Origin: Eledone cirrhosa
Taxonomy: Eukaryota
Assembly: GCA_964016885.1 (NCBI GenBank)
Contig: OZ024745.1
Span: forward strand, 113,336,001 to 113,400,000
DNA length: 64,000 nt
Direction of reading: 5' to 3'
In this document: piece after piece, positions 14,262 through 29,339 of the stretch
Position numbering within the stretch: position 1 is the stretch's first letter
How the letters are laid out: each line of letters begins with the position of its first letter
The notes under the pieces: generated by a model
The model's input: the letters and a program-made list of their open reading frames with translations, nothing else
Told to the model about the DNA's origin: nothing
Databases searched by the model: none
Program-made: the position numbers and the translations under genes

Positions 14262-14831
14262 GTCCAAATGCAAATCAGACAATCAATATAGTGACAACAC
14301 GTTTATCATCAATTGGAGTCTTCAATCATAAGAAAATCTATATCATGTGATGCAAGCAAAAAATACTCGCCAGCCAGCCTTGTCTTAATAAAGCACGCAT
14401 ACCTTATGAAATGGCTTAGAAAAACTCGGCAACAAGTGGACAAGTGACGGGTTCACAGGACGATTAGAAATAGCTCACCAACAAACTTGCAAACATACAT
14501 ACATACATACATACATACATACATACATACATACATACATACATACATACATTATTATACAGAAACTACGTAATAAGACAGCTCCAGTTTGAAAAGGATT
14601 GATTCCTCATTTGGTCCTTATGGTCCGGTTATGTAAGCCGAGATAGCAAGGACGGATGGATAGATTGCAATTGATTTGCCGAATTAGGAGTGTGAGTACG
14701 GTTTGGTTTGGAAGGAATCATGGGTACAGGTTGACGTTCAGTTAAGGGTGTTTGCTGAGGGCTAGTAGACAGATTGGTGCACGAACTGTCCTATATGAAT
14801 GAATATATATATATATTATATATATATATAT

Positions 14832-14949
<118 letters not shown>

Positions 14950-15047
14950 GTGAGCAGTTCTTCTGCTTTTCAAAAGTAGAGTTGAGATGGAGGGTCTGTG
15001 GTTTTTCTTACATCATTTTCTCATATATATATATACATATATATTAG

Positions 15048-15083
15048 GAGCTGAGGATCCGCTAAGGTGAAACAATTGTTCTC
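15048..15083 (+). ncRNA. Minimal type I hammerhead motif
   Basis: GAG-CTGAGGA-TCCGCTAAGGT-GAAA-CAATTG-TT-CTC. A truncated relative lies at ~43645. Confidence 0.7.
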
Positions 15084-15375
15084 GGTATGGTGAACTAACT
15101 GTTGTGTAACCACTTATACCTAACTCGTCCCATGGACTGAGTGCTCTACCACTACGGATATTACCTTCCAGTGTTCTACCACTGTATATATAAATATATA
15201 TATACGGGGTAACAGATTATTGTTATAGGTAGTCCACTTAGGTGTAGTCCAGTTAGGGTACACCGAGTAGGGGATGATATCAACGCTTGGCTAAGTTTGA
15301 CTCAACAAGGCGTTTCATAGTGATGCTGCGAGTACGCGGTAATTTCTATGTTGTTAACACTTGGAGTAATGATTA

Positions 15376-15511
15376 ATCAGGAAAGAAGAGTGACACGGTT
15401 TGCTATACAAAAAAGGTTTTTAATCTCATTGCTGACAATTGTTTCTTTGACAATTGTCAGCAATGAGATTAAAAACCTTTTTTGTATAGCAAACCGTGTT
15501 ACTCTTCTTTC

Positions 15512-15516
<5 letters not shown>
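15376..15516. repeat. Fold-back palindrome with ~66-bp arms
   Basis: ATCAGGAAAGAAGAG...CTGACAATTGT-(spacer)-ACAATTGTCAG...CTCTTCTTTCCTGAT, abutting (TA)n. Confidence 0.9.
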
Positions 15517-15549
<33 letters not shown>

Positions 15550-15619
15550 AAAAAGAAAAGAACATTTTCGCTCTACATGGCTGAATACAATAAATGTAAT
15601 CTTTTTTTTCGAATATTAA

Positions 15620-15778
15620 TAATTGTTTCTACTTTAGGCACAAGGCCAGCAATTACCCAGTACATTACTGGTACTTTATTTTATCGATCCCGTAAGGATG
15701 AAAGGCAAAGTTAACCTCGGCGGGATTTGAACTCAGACCGTAAAGGGACGTAACTATGCTGGAAAACATGGCGTCCGA
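15620..15778 (-). mobile_element. SINE family A
   Basis: Same consensus as the other family A copies. Confidence 0.85.
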
Positions 15779-15779
15779 C

Positions 15780-16425
15780 TAAATTTTAAACAAAGAATCG
15801 CTATTTTCACTCAAAACGGGATCTTCTGAAGCTAAAAAAAAATCAATCCGTGAACGCAGAAGTAAATATTTCGAAAAACGTTGCAACCGAAAGAAAACAG
15901 GAAGACGATACTTTGGTTCGTGAAGACGTTCCCTGGCGATGAATAGAAAAAAGCGAAGATAATACGTCGTTATCTGGACCGCGAAGAACAATTACACGCT
16001 AAGACAAAACCACGTTTATGGTATAAATGGAGTCGTAGACTAATTTTCTATTTAGGAAACCGAATGATTCTCGGCTTCAGAGTTAAGAATATTGTAAATA
16101 AATTAGTAGAACGAAAAGACAGGTTATTAAAATCATAAAAGTAATAATAATTAAATATATACATACACGCAACTATATACGTACATACACGTGCATACGC
16201 GAATACACCCGCCATGCATACATATACATGCATGTACACACAAACACGCGCACATATATATAAACCCGCGCGACACATGTACCCGCACATATTCGAACGT
16301 ATACACCAAAAAAAAAAAGTGTAAACACATAAAAAATATATATGTGTGTGTTTATACCTTTAATTATATAAACGTATATAAATATACACACATAAATACG
16401 TTTACACCCATAAATACTTACAAAT
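15780..16425 (-). mobile_element. PLE family A 3' region, inverted, with HHR variant at 15783-15833
   Basis: Reverse complement of about 2260-2845. Confidence 0.85.
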
Positions 16426-16429
16426 TCTT

Positions 16430-16706
16430 TTTTATGTAATTAAGCGTATCATTCGGCTTTCTATACGGCTAGTGCAAGCCATTCTTACAAATTGAGGGTA
16501 ACGTCGAGGTACTTAACGACCGAGAAGTTGGCCTCAACTTGTATGGAGAGGTTGAAGCCCTTAATGAAGGCTGTGAGTTCTTTTCTATACCTGTCGCCAG
16601 CGCGTGGACCGCACTTTGTCACGGTCAAAAGACCGTCATCGCGGTACAAACTCCCGCCCACATTGGGGAATTCTTCCTTGATAGAGAAAAGAAGGAAAGG
16701 GCTGAT
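16430..16706 (-). pseudogene. PLE family A reverse transcriptase catalytic fragment, inverted
   Basis: SLYRDDGL...FNLSIQVEAN..VKYLDVTLNL, then after a frameshift PYRKPNDTLNYI. Confidence 0.85.
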
Positions 16707-16709
16707 AAG

Positions 16710-17740
16710 ATCAAGTATTCTAACCATCCTGCCAGCATAACCAAGTACCTGGTAAGAAATGTTTCTTTGAGGCTTTCCCGTCTATCAACAAATGAGCATA
16801 TTTTCACCGACCATTCCACATATTACAATGAAGCTCTTGCTCGGAGTGGATCTGTCGATAAAGGTAGCATATTCTAAGTATGAGCATAAACCAAAGAAAA
16901 ATAGATGTCGATGTATTATATGGTTTACCACACCATATAATATGGAGGTGGCCACTCCTTTAGCTAAGATCTTTCTCTCCCTTATTAAGAAGCATTTCCC
17001 CTCAGCATATAAATATAACATCGTTAATAGAAATACCATTAAAATAACTTACTCTACGACTCCTAACTTTGCACATAAAATCACTGCTTCAAATTTAGCT
17101 AAATTACCTAGCTTTAGGAACAGGTGCAACCCTGTACCTAGTACAAACTGTAACTGTAGGAATCAGGTTGACTGCCTTTTATTCGGGAAATGCCTCTCTA
17201 GTAACATTGTCTACACAATGTAAAGTCGAAACACCCACGTCTAGTAGGGCCTATATAGGGTTAACTACCAATAGATTCAAGCAGCATCTTTACATGCACA
17301 CCCATTCTTTTCTTAACCTTTTAAGAAGGAATATGACGTTACTTTTAGCTTATATCTGGAGTCTAAAAGACAAACACACCCAATATAGGTTACACTGGAA
17401 GATCCTAGCCGAGGCTAGATCGTAGAACGGTAATAAAAGACCATACGCTCTTTGCACCGCTGAAACCCTGGAAATACTCTACGCCTATGATCGCATCTTA
17501 AACAAAACACCTGAGGCTATTTCGGCTTATAAACACAAATTGCATAAAACTTTCCTGTATTACAGCCCCATATTATACCCTAACAAACAATACCCGGATA
17601 ATTTACGTCTTGATGTGGTAGCTAAGTATATTTTATGTTTATACCATTACTTATTTGTATAGGTATGTATACCTTACCCGTATGTTTTCTGAAGGTACGT
17701 ATACTTTCTCGTGCGTATATATGCTTGTATTTGTATTTGC
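16710..17740 (+). pseudogene. PLE family A RT thumb, linker and GIY-YIG endonuclease, frameshifted
   Basis: SNHP...RLSRLS...YNEAL..SG; IIWFTTPY...FLSLIKKHFP; CNCR....C...GKCLSSNIVY; AYIGLTTNRFK; IWSLK. This motif series is typical of Naiad-clade PLEs. Confidence 0.9.
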
Positions 17741-18194
17741 AAAGTTGGTGACAGTAGATGTGACATTGAAATTGTAAATAGAGATAAAATTACGTATTTG
17801 ATAAATACATTTTAAACTTAGCCGCGAAAAATAGAATCTTTAGTTAAAACACACAGCACTGAAATGCAGGAGAAGAGATCAAGTCGATCAATCGATTATC
17901 TCAAGCTTCTGTTAAAGCAACAGTCAATAGAATTTTAATCTCACATACGCTCTGTCGTATACTCCAGATATATACGTACGTTTGATGAAAACGAAACTCC
18001 TGTCCCGTGAGGCATTGTGATAACATCACAGTTAATGTATGTATGTATGTATGTATGTATGTATGTATGTATGTATGTATGTATGTATGTATGTATGTAT
18101 GTATGTATGTATGTATGTATGTATGAATGTATGTATGTGTGTATATGAATTTACATCCCGCCCGTCCCCTCAATCTATCCTATTTCGCATTCTT

Positions 18195-18230
18195 TCTTCT
18201 GAAGAAGGACTAGCGTCCGAAACGTTAAGA
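18195..18230 (+). ncRNA. Minimal type I hammerhead ribozyme, fully paired
   Basis: TCTT-CTGAAGA-A-GGAC(TAGC)GTCC-GAAA-CG-TT-AAGA. Confidence 0.8.
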
Positions 18231-18311
18231 CCCTCTTCCTGCTATATCAAGCGTTAACCTAATATATACCTTCCATATAATGTACCGATTGTGTTGTTGT
18301 TTCTGTTTACC

Positions 18312-18374
<63 letters not shown>

Positions 18375-18376
18375 AA

Positions 18377-18475
18377 CAGGGTTTCCCAAAGAAATGTATA
18401 AACACTTCAACAGCATTCTAATGAATATTGCATGTACAGGTAATCAGAATGAGTATACATTTTTGGGGGACACCC

Positions 18476-18477
<2 letters not shown>
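18377..18477. mobile_element. Tc1/mariner-type MITE, ~100 bp
   Basis: Terminal inverted repeats CAGGGTTTCCCAAAGAAATGTATA / TATACATTTTTGGGGGACACCCTA inside a TA tract. Confidence 0.7.
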
Positions 18478-18527
<50 letters not shown>

Positions 18528-18529
18528 AT

Positions 18530-19880
<1,351 letters not shown>

Positions 19881-21413
19881 GTGTGTATATGTGTGTGTGT
19901 ATGGTAGTGTCCATGCGTATATAAAACATTACTTTATCTCGTTATCTCTCTATTGCTCTTTTAAAATATTAGTGAGGAATATAACATTAAAATATATAAC
20001 TATACGATTATAGATACTAGGAATCTGCTGAACTCCTATTCTTTGCTTCTTTAACAATATATTATAGACAGTTTAGTGGGCAGCGATGATCACTAAAATC
20101 TCTATTGTTCGGTATGAAAGTAATAAATTCTAAACAATTCAGTTAAAGTCATCTCATCTCCCTGAAAATTTCTGAAGGAAATTAATGTACGATAGTGCAT
20201 TGAATCTCGTCTCTACTTTTCAAGTCTTCCACCACACCGCACTTTGTTATTGAAATTCTACGAGCAATGAAAAAGCAACGAAGACACAATAACATGGCCG
20301 AACCTATTCTGTGTTGACGAAGACAATGCTTCGGGGAATTTCTGTTGTTTTTCTCCTTGTTCGCATGTTTTTCTATTTTCTCCAATTTAATAACACAACT
20401 GCAATTTTGAAGCCTAATTTGTTTATTTGCTGAAACCTTCCATGCAGAATAATTGCACAGGTTTGTTTCATTTCTATCATGCTATCTGATAGCCGACACT
20501 CAAGTTCCAAAACGCCAACATTATACGTGGCAATTAACTAAAATTCTACGTGCATTTAATCAGAGATGAAAATGTAATGAAATAAAAATTGGCAACTGAA
20601 ATCATTACGGAATTGTCATTGAAATATTAATATTTATTAGATTAAATTATCATATAACAACATATGACTGGCTTGTGGTTGGTACTATCCAAAAGTTAAT
20701 ACTTAAGTTGTATTCGGCTACATAAAGTAATTCTTTTAGCTTTACTTGGCGCAAAACCACTATATTTTGAAGTAAGATACAGGATTCACATGAGGTTCAT
20801 TATTTTTCAAATCACCAAGGCTTGAAAGCAAGCACCCCTTAAACAGTGCTTTACATAAGTTTACTATAAAATATCTACTAATTTATATATTTTGCCGACT
20901 CAAATACAAAATATATTGCAAAAGAAAAACAGGATAGCAGTGTGTGGTAACGAGATGAAAAATTTTGTTTCGTCGGATAATGTTGAGTCAGATCTAAGAT
21001 TATGCCAGAAGCAGAAGATGGGTGAGAAAGAATGGAAAATAGTGGAAGAGAAAGAAAGGAACAAGGTGGGGCTTATCACAGGACATTGGCCGAGGAAAAA
21101 TACAAAAAGACATATTTTTGCTTGTAAAATGAACGGGAGAATATTTGTTGTAGTAAATTATGAAATTTTAATTTAAGTCGTACCCTTAGAAATGTGAGCC
21201 CTACACAGATCCAAACACAAAATTAAGCCGCACACGGCTCACACAGACACACACGCGCATGCGCATGAGTAGCCACATGCATAATATACTTTCTTTATAA
21301 TGTGGTGCGAGACCCACACCCATAATAATGTAATAAGGCACTCGTTTTGTTTTTCCATCCATAAATGTGATAACCATTGTGTAAAAACCATCAGTGGAGA
21401 ATAGCGGGAACTA

Positions 21414-21511
<98 letters not shown>

Positions 21512-21847
21512 TTATATTGGTCACAACCAAGCTATAAGAAGAGTAGGATGGGCAGAGAGATGAACTCTCTTCTCCGAATGAACATGTATGTGAACATTAA
21601 TTTTTCTTTCTCTTTTTATTTTCATTTTCATTATTATTATTATCACTATCTGTACAAATATGCAAGTTAACAATATGATGCATATTCGCAATTGACAATG
21701 CATATAATGCTAAAACCGGTATTGTAAATAAATTAATGTTTTGATATCTCACTGAAAAAATCTCTTGACATTTTCTACTGAAAGAATCTTTTTTCCTTTC
21801 TACTATTTTTTTCAATACATATCAACTCGTGTGTTACTTTTCTACAT

Positions 21848-21927
<80 letters not shown>

Positions 21928-22183
21928 TTTATGAATTTTTGTAAATACAGAAACTAAGTACTATGACGGCTGCGGCTTGATTACATTGGTTAGTGCGGCT
22001 CGGTGGTTGCTTTGACGGGAAATGGGGGTGGTAAGGAAAGAACATGCATGTTTTAGGTTGACCTTCAATAACATGGAAGCTGTCTGAGATTGAGTTTTAA
22101 GCGTTTGGCTCATCTCCGTCTTAGATTCGGTGTTTACTTTGATTTTGTGGGTCTTATTACTTAAGGCAATCGACGGTCTTAGT

Positions 22184-22602
<419 letters not shown>

Positions 22603-22797
22603 AAACAAACCGAGCATTATAATAAATGTTCGGTAAACCCATACGTACATATATATATATGTATGCATATATGTATGTATATACATACTGCTATACGTCT
22701 GTATACATATATGTATGTACGTATACATACTTACATTTAAGTATCAGACGTACTAAGAGTGAGAAATGAAATTTCTTTTTTTTCCATATATATATAT

Positions 22798-22865
<68 letters not shown>

Positions 22866-23029
22866 TTAGGTTTGTTGGTTCATCACTGGATAGAACTAGT
22901 CATTCCGTATATGGTCAACCTCTATGTAATATTAGGGAGAGCAGTCGACGTGATGCAACTCACCCGTCTTCGTTTGTTCATAGTATAATAAACCTTTAAG
23001 GAATTACACCAGTCGAACCTCCTGTTATT

Positions 23030-23082
<53 letters not shown>

Positions 23083-23089
23083 AGAGAAA

Positions 23090-23123
<34 letters not shown>

Positions 23124-23682
23124 TGTATATGTATATATATATATACATATATGCAACTAAGACAGTCGATTGTATATATATATATATTTGAATATATACA
23201 TCTAAACTATAGGCATGCACTTTTATTTACATAAATATTGTCGCGTATATACATACAAATGTATATGTGATTATATATAATATAAAAAAAAACGGAAAAC
23301 TAAACTCCGATCTATACAAATAACCAACACTATATCTATGTGTATCTAGAGATATCTCAATACAAATCTTCCGCTACACTAACACCAGTGAATATAAATT
23401 ATGTCGAGGTATTATTGTTCTCTATAGTCACACAAAGATATCAAATAATGCCCACTATGTACTCAAATAACAATACATGTTACCAACAAAGAAACCGAAG
23501 TCAATTCTAAATAACACAAATATAAACCTTTCCAAATGTTTGAAAAGGAAACATAAATATAGTATATATTAGATATAAAATAACTTAATTCATAGGGATA
23601 TTGGAAGACAAATATATTGGAACGTATTCATAAGAATATAGGATTAACAATTAAGATTTATTCTGTACATAATCATAATATA

Positions 23683-23903
23683 TGGTTTCTTAAATAGGCA
23701 CAAGGCCAGCAATTTTGGGGGGAGAGGAAAGTCGATTAAATCGACTCCAGTGCGCAACTGGTACTTTATTTTATCAACCCCGTAATGATGAAAAGCAAAG
23801 GTAACCTCGGCGGGATTTGAACTCAGATCATAAAGGGCCGTAACTCTATGCTGCAAAGCATGGCGTCCGACCCTCTACCGATACTGCCAATCCACCACCC
23901 TTT
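23683..23903 (-). mobile_element. SINE family A, full length
   Basis: Head GGTGGATTGGCAGTATCGGTAGAGGGTCGGACGCC, B box GAGTTCAAATCC, core and tail all present. Confidence 0.9.
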
Positions 23904-24959
23904 ACATAATCATAATATATATTACAAAAACACACGCGTGCACGCATATGCGCACGCACGCAGGCATGCACATGCATATGCGCGCATACAGGCGCATACA
24001 AGTATACATATATTTATGTGTGTATGTGTGTACGTGCGCGCGTGCGACTGTCTGTGTTTCAATATATGTATGCATCTACCTCCCTACCTGCCTATTACAC
24101 ACACGCAACACACATATACATGCACAACACACACACACACCACACATACACACACACACACAAACACACACACAAATATATATATATATATATATATAAA
24201 TATATATATATGTATGAAGTTGGCACCCTTAACTCACAGTTGGGTGCGGATGCATTCATGTATATATGTGTGTGTCCGCATGTATCTGTGTGTTTCTAAA
24301 TATATTATATATGTATGTATATATATATAAATACAAACACACATAGTGGAATCTAGAGAAGGGGGAAGTAAGAAATCTTCATTTATAAACTAACAGAAAA
24401 ACACAAGTTAGATATTTAGGGTGCAGCACGGTGAAAAAACGTTTTTTTTTTTTCTACTAGCATTAATTCTGCAAATAATATTGCTGTGCGTACCAGAAAA
24501 TATTGTATTATGCGGTTATAACTCTAGTACGAACTTTTGGAAAAGTATATATGACAGCTACTACAGCAGAAGTAAGGAAACAGAAGAGGGTCAAAATATT
24601 TGTGGTGAGAGTATGAGATAAAAAACTCCAAGTACACAGTATATGGGTTCAGTATGCTGGAAGATAAGGAGGAAAATATGAAAAGAAAATTGAAGTGAAT
24701 TTTTTTTTTTTATATATATATAATGAAATAAGCGTGTAGCTACATCATTGATGTGTGAAAGAAGGGGTGGTAGAATAGTCAAAGAGATAAAAATATAGAC
24801 AGTTAAACTTTCCATAGATTTATGATTATTTGTATGCAACAATATCGTGTTCATGTATTTCGTACTTGTTTTTGAAAATATTTCTGTAATACATATCTTT
24901 TCTGATTTAGCTACAAGGGTAACGATTTGGGGGAAGGTGAAAGTAGATTAAATCCACCC

Positions 24960-26150
24960 CCCAAATCCATGAATCCTATCTGGACCGGGCACTTTCCAGT
25001 ATTGTACCTTGGTCACTTGATCCTTCACATCGACTATGCTTAGTGTTATGTCTCTTTGTCTATTCCCTCTTCGCAATTATGTCTTGATGGTTTCTATACA
25101 CTCCACATCATTTCTATGCACCACAGTGTTTCCCAATTTCCCATTCCAGAATTCCATGGCCTAGTCAGCATCCTTACCATTGATTCTTTCCAAGATGCGG
25201 AAGAATTGTTTTGGATTATTTTTTATCAATCTATTTTCCTCAACTGCTTATTTCTGTTTACATATTATCTTATCTCCTGGCTTTTTGACAAAATCCTGTT
25301 TTAATTGTTCCATTACTGTATAGAATCCATTCATTAGACAATAAATATAGTTTATATTTATTGTCTAATGACTCCCGATCAGTCTTTTTTCCCATTTTCC
25401 TCTAAACCATTGCTCAATTTTACTTAGATCTTGCCTTAACCGCATCATGTCATTTTCAATGCATCTTTTTCACCCTGGTCCTTTTTATTCACTCTGTTTT
25501 GTTTTCGTCAGTTATAATTTATCCTCAACAAGTAGCTCAATAGCTCGGAGAAGAAACCTTGTTTCCGTTATGTCCTATGTTTGGATGTGCGGTATGACCA
25601 CATTTAACATTTATGTAATTTCATGTATCATACTCCTAACTGCCTTTTTCATATTCATCGAGAATTTTTTTAGAGGGACATTCATCAAATCGATAAGCCG
25701 TCTTTGTAATTCAAGCGATTCATCATCCAAATGGTTCCCTTTTAAATTACCATCCCCAAAAGGACCAAGGTTCAATCTGTAACTTTCCTCTTCAGCAGCC
25801 GTAACCGATTCATCATAATTTCCCTCTTCCTGTTGTCTATTTTGTATCTGCCTTCAACTGCAGAAACGGCTTCAATTTATACTCTAACCTCTCATTGTCA
25901 AACATCTGCATGTTCTCTTAAACGTTCACTAACCCAAGATATTTCTACCCCAGGTCACCAACCCCGCTCTTGATCACTCTCACTGGATTCTTTAGTTTAC
26001 TTTCCGACATCGAAAACATCGTTTTCCATCTAAAAGTCCAAAGTACGTCACTCTACTCCACGGCTGCCTTCAGGTTTTACTCTTTCATGACATTCAATGG
26101 GTGTAGCGTACACCTCCTTTAGTGTTTCGAGCGCGCAAACTTGTTTTATT
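24960..26150 (-). pseudogene. R4/Dong-like LINE ORF N-terminal relic
   Basis: Minus-strand remnants RCIENDMMRLRQDLSKIEQW, NNPKQFFRIL, FWNG and WKVPGPDRIHGF (the pre-RT KAPGPD motif). Confidence 0.7.
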
Positions 26151-26319
26151 GATTTGTTGCTTCGTAATGAGGACTCCTGCTAAGGCGGGCTCTAAACATG
26201 CTGGGTGAGAGACCTAAGGAGGGCTCTAAACATGCTGGGTGAGAGACCTTCACAGTAATTGGTTCCAGCTTCATTCACGCCGTTAACTATTTCAGTATTG
26301 TTTTGCATTGATTCCATGA

Positions 26320-26745
26320 GAGGGCGGTGGATTGGCAGTATCGATAGAAGTCGGACGCCATGCTTTCCAGTATAGTTGCGTTCCTTTACGGTCCGAGTTC
26401 AAATCCTGTCGAGGTTAACTTTGCCTTTCATCCTTACGGGGTTGATAATATAAAAGGAACGATCGACTTTCGTCAAATCGGACCGAGGAAACAATGCTTC
26501 CGTTGGTCTTTCCAATTGCTAATACTCTCTATCGGTCGCAACTCCAGGTAGAAGGAGCAACGAGAAATAAAGTGTCTTGCTCAAGGACATAACGCATCGC
26601 CCGGTCCAGGAATTGAACTCACAACCTCACGATTGCGAATCCAATTCTCTAACCACTCAGCCACACGCCTTCACTTTGATAATATAACGTACCGGTAATG
26701 CACTGGGTAATCGCTGGCCTTGTGCCAAAAGTAGAAAGAATTATG
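26320..26745 (+). mobile_element. SINE family A interrupted by a SINE B insertion
   Basis: Head and core at 26320-26455, tail resumes at ~26677. TTGATAATATAA appears on both sides of the insert. Confidence 0.85.
26457..26674 (-). mobile_element. SINE family B (tRNA head plus CORE-like TGTCCTTGAGCAAGACAC)
   Basis: A box TGGCTGAGTGG and B box AGTTCAATTCC. Further copies at 47738 and 51084. Confidence 0.85.
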
Positions 26746-26862
26746 ATTCCATGAGAGTGGTTTGTGGAGTGTTTCTTCATACGAGTATTTTTATTGAGAT
26801 ATCATCTCAATAAAAATGCTCGTGGGAAGGAAATAAATTATTATTATCCATTATCATCATTA

Positions 26863-27263
26863 GAGCGGCGGATTGGAAGTATCGGTAGAGCGTCAGACAT
26901 GTCTTGCAGCATAGAATATGTCGCCATTTACATTCTGTATTCAAGTCTCGCCGAGGTTAGCTTTGCTTTTCATCCTTACGAGGTCGATCAAATAAAGTAC
27001 CAGTCACGCACTGAGGTCGATTTAATCGACTTTCCCCTCCCCCAAAATTGCTGTCCTTGTGCCTATATAAGAAACCATTATTATTCCAGGGCTGTGGTAG
27101 AGGGTCGGACGCCATGCTTTACAGCAAAGAGTTACGGCCTTTTATGGTCTGAGTTCGAATCCCGCCGAGGTTAACTTTGCCTTTCATCCTTACAGAGTCG
27201 ATAAAATAAAGTACCAGTAATCTATTGGGTAATTGCTGGCCTTGTGCAAAAGTAGAAACAATT
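26863..27263 (+). mobile_element. Two tandem SINE family A copies
   Basis: 26863-27080 and 27095-27263 both match the consensus. Confidence 0.85.
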
Positions 27264-27489
27264 ATTATCATAAGTGTTTACATGTTTCCCGTGCTGTGTA
27301 TATGTTCTTGTTACTGTTGCTACTGCTGTTGCTTCTGTTGTTGCGTTTCGTTATTTCTGACGTGTTTATTGATGGCCTTTTTTGTTGTTAATGTTTTCTT
27401 TTGTTGTAGTGAGGTGGCTTTGGAGTTTGTTACTGTTGTAGACGTTGTTATTCAAATAATAATCGCTAGCGTTGTTAGTGGTAGTGGTA

Positions 27490-28420
27490 GTGGTAGTTTC
27501 TCCAAGTCCCAGTAGCGATACTTTTTTTTTTAGACTGGGCAACCAGAATCAATGTGGGTAGTTGTTTCTCCACCACCTCCATATTTTGCAATTACTTACT
27601 GTGTTTTGCTTCATTAGGTCTCTTTGGTGGCTCTTGCTGGGAAGGATTTGATCTTGTTCTGCAATCAGAAACCCTCCAGTCTCGACTTTTAGTTGAATGC
27701 TTTTTAACCAGTTTTGCAAAATTTGCTTTTCGACTTCAACTCTATTTGTGTTTTTGACGATTTGTTATGTAAAGATTTTTCTTTCCATCGAATTAGCATA
27801 GCATCCTGGTCATCTACTTTCAATTTATATTTCATCTTTTTCGCAGTTACTGTTGCTTTTCCGTCTTTGATTTCATCTTTTCCATACCTATCTGTCAATC
27901 CAACTTCTGTTTTTAATATGTTGGCTTCCTTAAAGACAGAAAACAATTTTTTGTTATGTTCATGTTTCGTGGTTATTTGTATTATATTTCTATTATCCTT
28001 CATTAAATATTTCTGTAGTCCTACAGTGATTATTCTATAATTGTTTTCTAGTTGTATAAGATTCCTTTTCTCTTATGTTCTTGGCAAGTGTAATTTTTGA
28101 ACATTCGATTTTGGACGGTATATTCTACATGCAATCATTATTTTTCTTGTTTTTCTGTCCATTTCTGTGAGTTACTTTCATGTCCAGTTCAGAATATTAC
28201 AACTGTAGATTTATTGAAATCTATTACGTTATTCTTTACACTTAGTTCTCTAGTAATCTAAACCATCTATAGTATCCCTTTCTAATCTTTTCTTTCATCT
28301 GTATGTGTTGAAAGTCGTCTAGTTCATTGGTTCCTAAGTATTTCTATATATATATATAAGTATTTCAATATTCTTATCTCATTTTCTTTATCTATAGTGA
28401 TATTAGTGATATTAGCCTTT
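27490..28420 (-). pseudogene. R4/Dong-like LINE RT C-terminal relic
   Basis: Minus-strand remnants KYLGTNE, MDRKTRKIM, RPKSNVQKLHLPR, LQLEN, VGLQKYL and WKEKSLH. Confidence 0.7.
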
Positions 28421-29339
28421 CACTTGCATCCTTCTCCTCAAGATTGCCTTAGCGCATTTTTACATTCCAAATTTCAGGTGTATTTCTTTGCACTGCTTCA
28501 AGTTGTCTCTCGTCTGCAACGTAAAGCTTTAAATTGCCCATATAAGAAGATAGTAAATTTAAATATAACCAATATCTTTTTAGTATCTCAGATAATGGTG
28601 TCAATCCTAGGCAGAAGAGAAGTGGTGGAAGAGAGTTACAGTAAAATATCCCTCTGTTAATTAGAATAGGCTCGGTTTTTATGCGTTTATTCTATACTCC
28701 TGTATTTCTTTTGTAAATTTACAACCTGACATTTGTTTTGGGTGGTTGATGTATTGTTTAAAGTTGATATTATAATCTATAATCCAAACAGTTTGGCGCA
28801 AGTATTGCTTTCAAATTCGAAACAACGCTTATGGTGTCACATTAAATCTTATCCAATAAATATTTACCAATTTTTGTTAAGAAAATGGGTATAATGTTCG
28901 GGAAAGAGCATGGTGAGAAGTAGAGACCAGATAAAGTCAACATATGACGAAGACAGAATGTGAGAACACTAAATAGGATAATTTATCCTTGTACACAGTT
29001 TTATAAAGGAGTAATAGTGTTTCTGTTGCAACACATAAGCCGATAACAGTAATATCAAAAACAACAATAAAGATAGCTACAACTACACCAGCAACAACAT
29101 AAACAACTATAACAATGATAATAATGAAATGAGTGAGTGCAACAAGTCTTTTTATTGATTTTGTTTGAGAATTTCCTATTTTGCCAATCGCGAACACCAA
29201 TATCCAGAGACAAATATATTGCAATACAGAAACAGGAGATTTTTCTCGGTTGCAATCTCAATGATTGGGTAGATCTGTTCAGTTTCCACAGTGATCACTA
29301 TGTATTGATAGTGAGTTAGTAAACCGAAATAACAAAACA

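Noticed and set aside
16710-17580. Selenocysteine recoding, reported for some Naiad PLEs
   Set aside because: No in-frame TGA at conserved Cys positions in this copy or the 62.7 kb copy. The disruptions are frameshifts and TAA/TAG stops.
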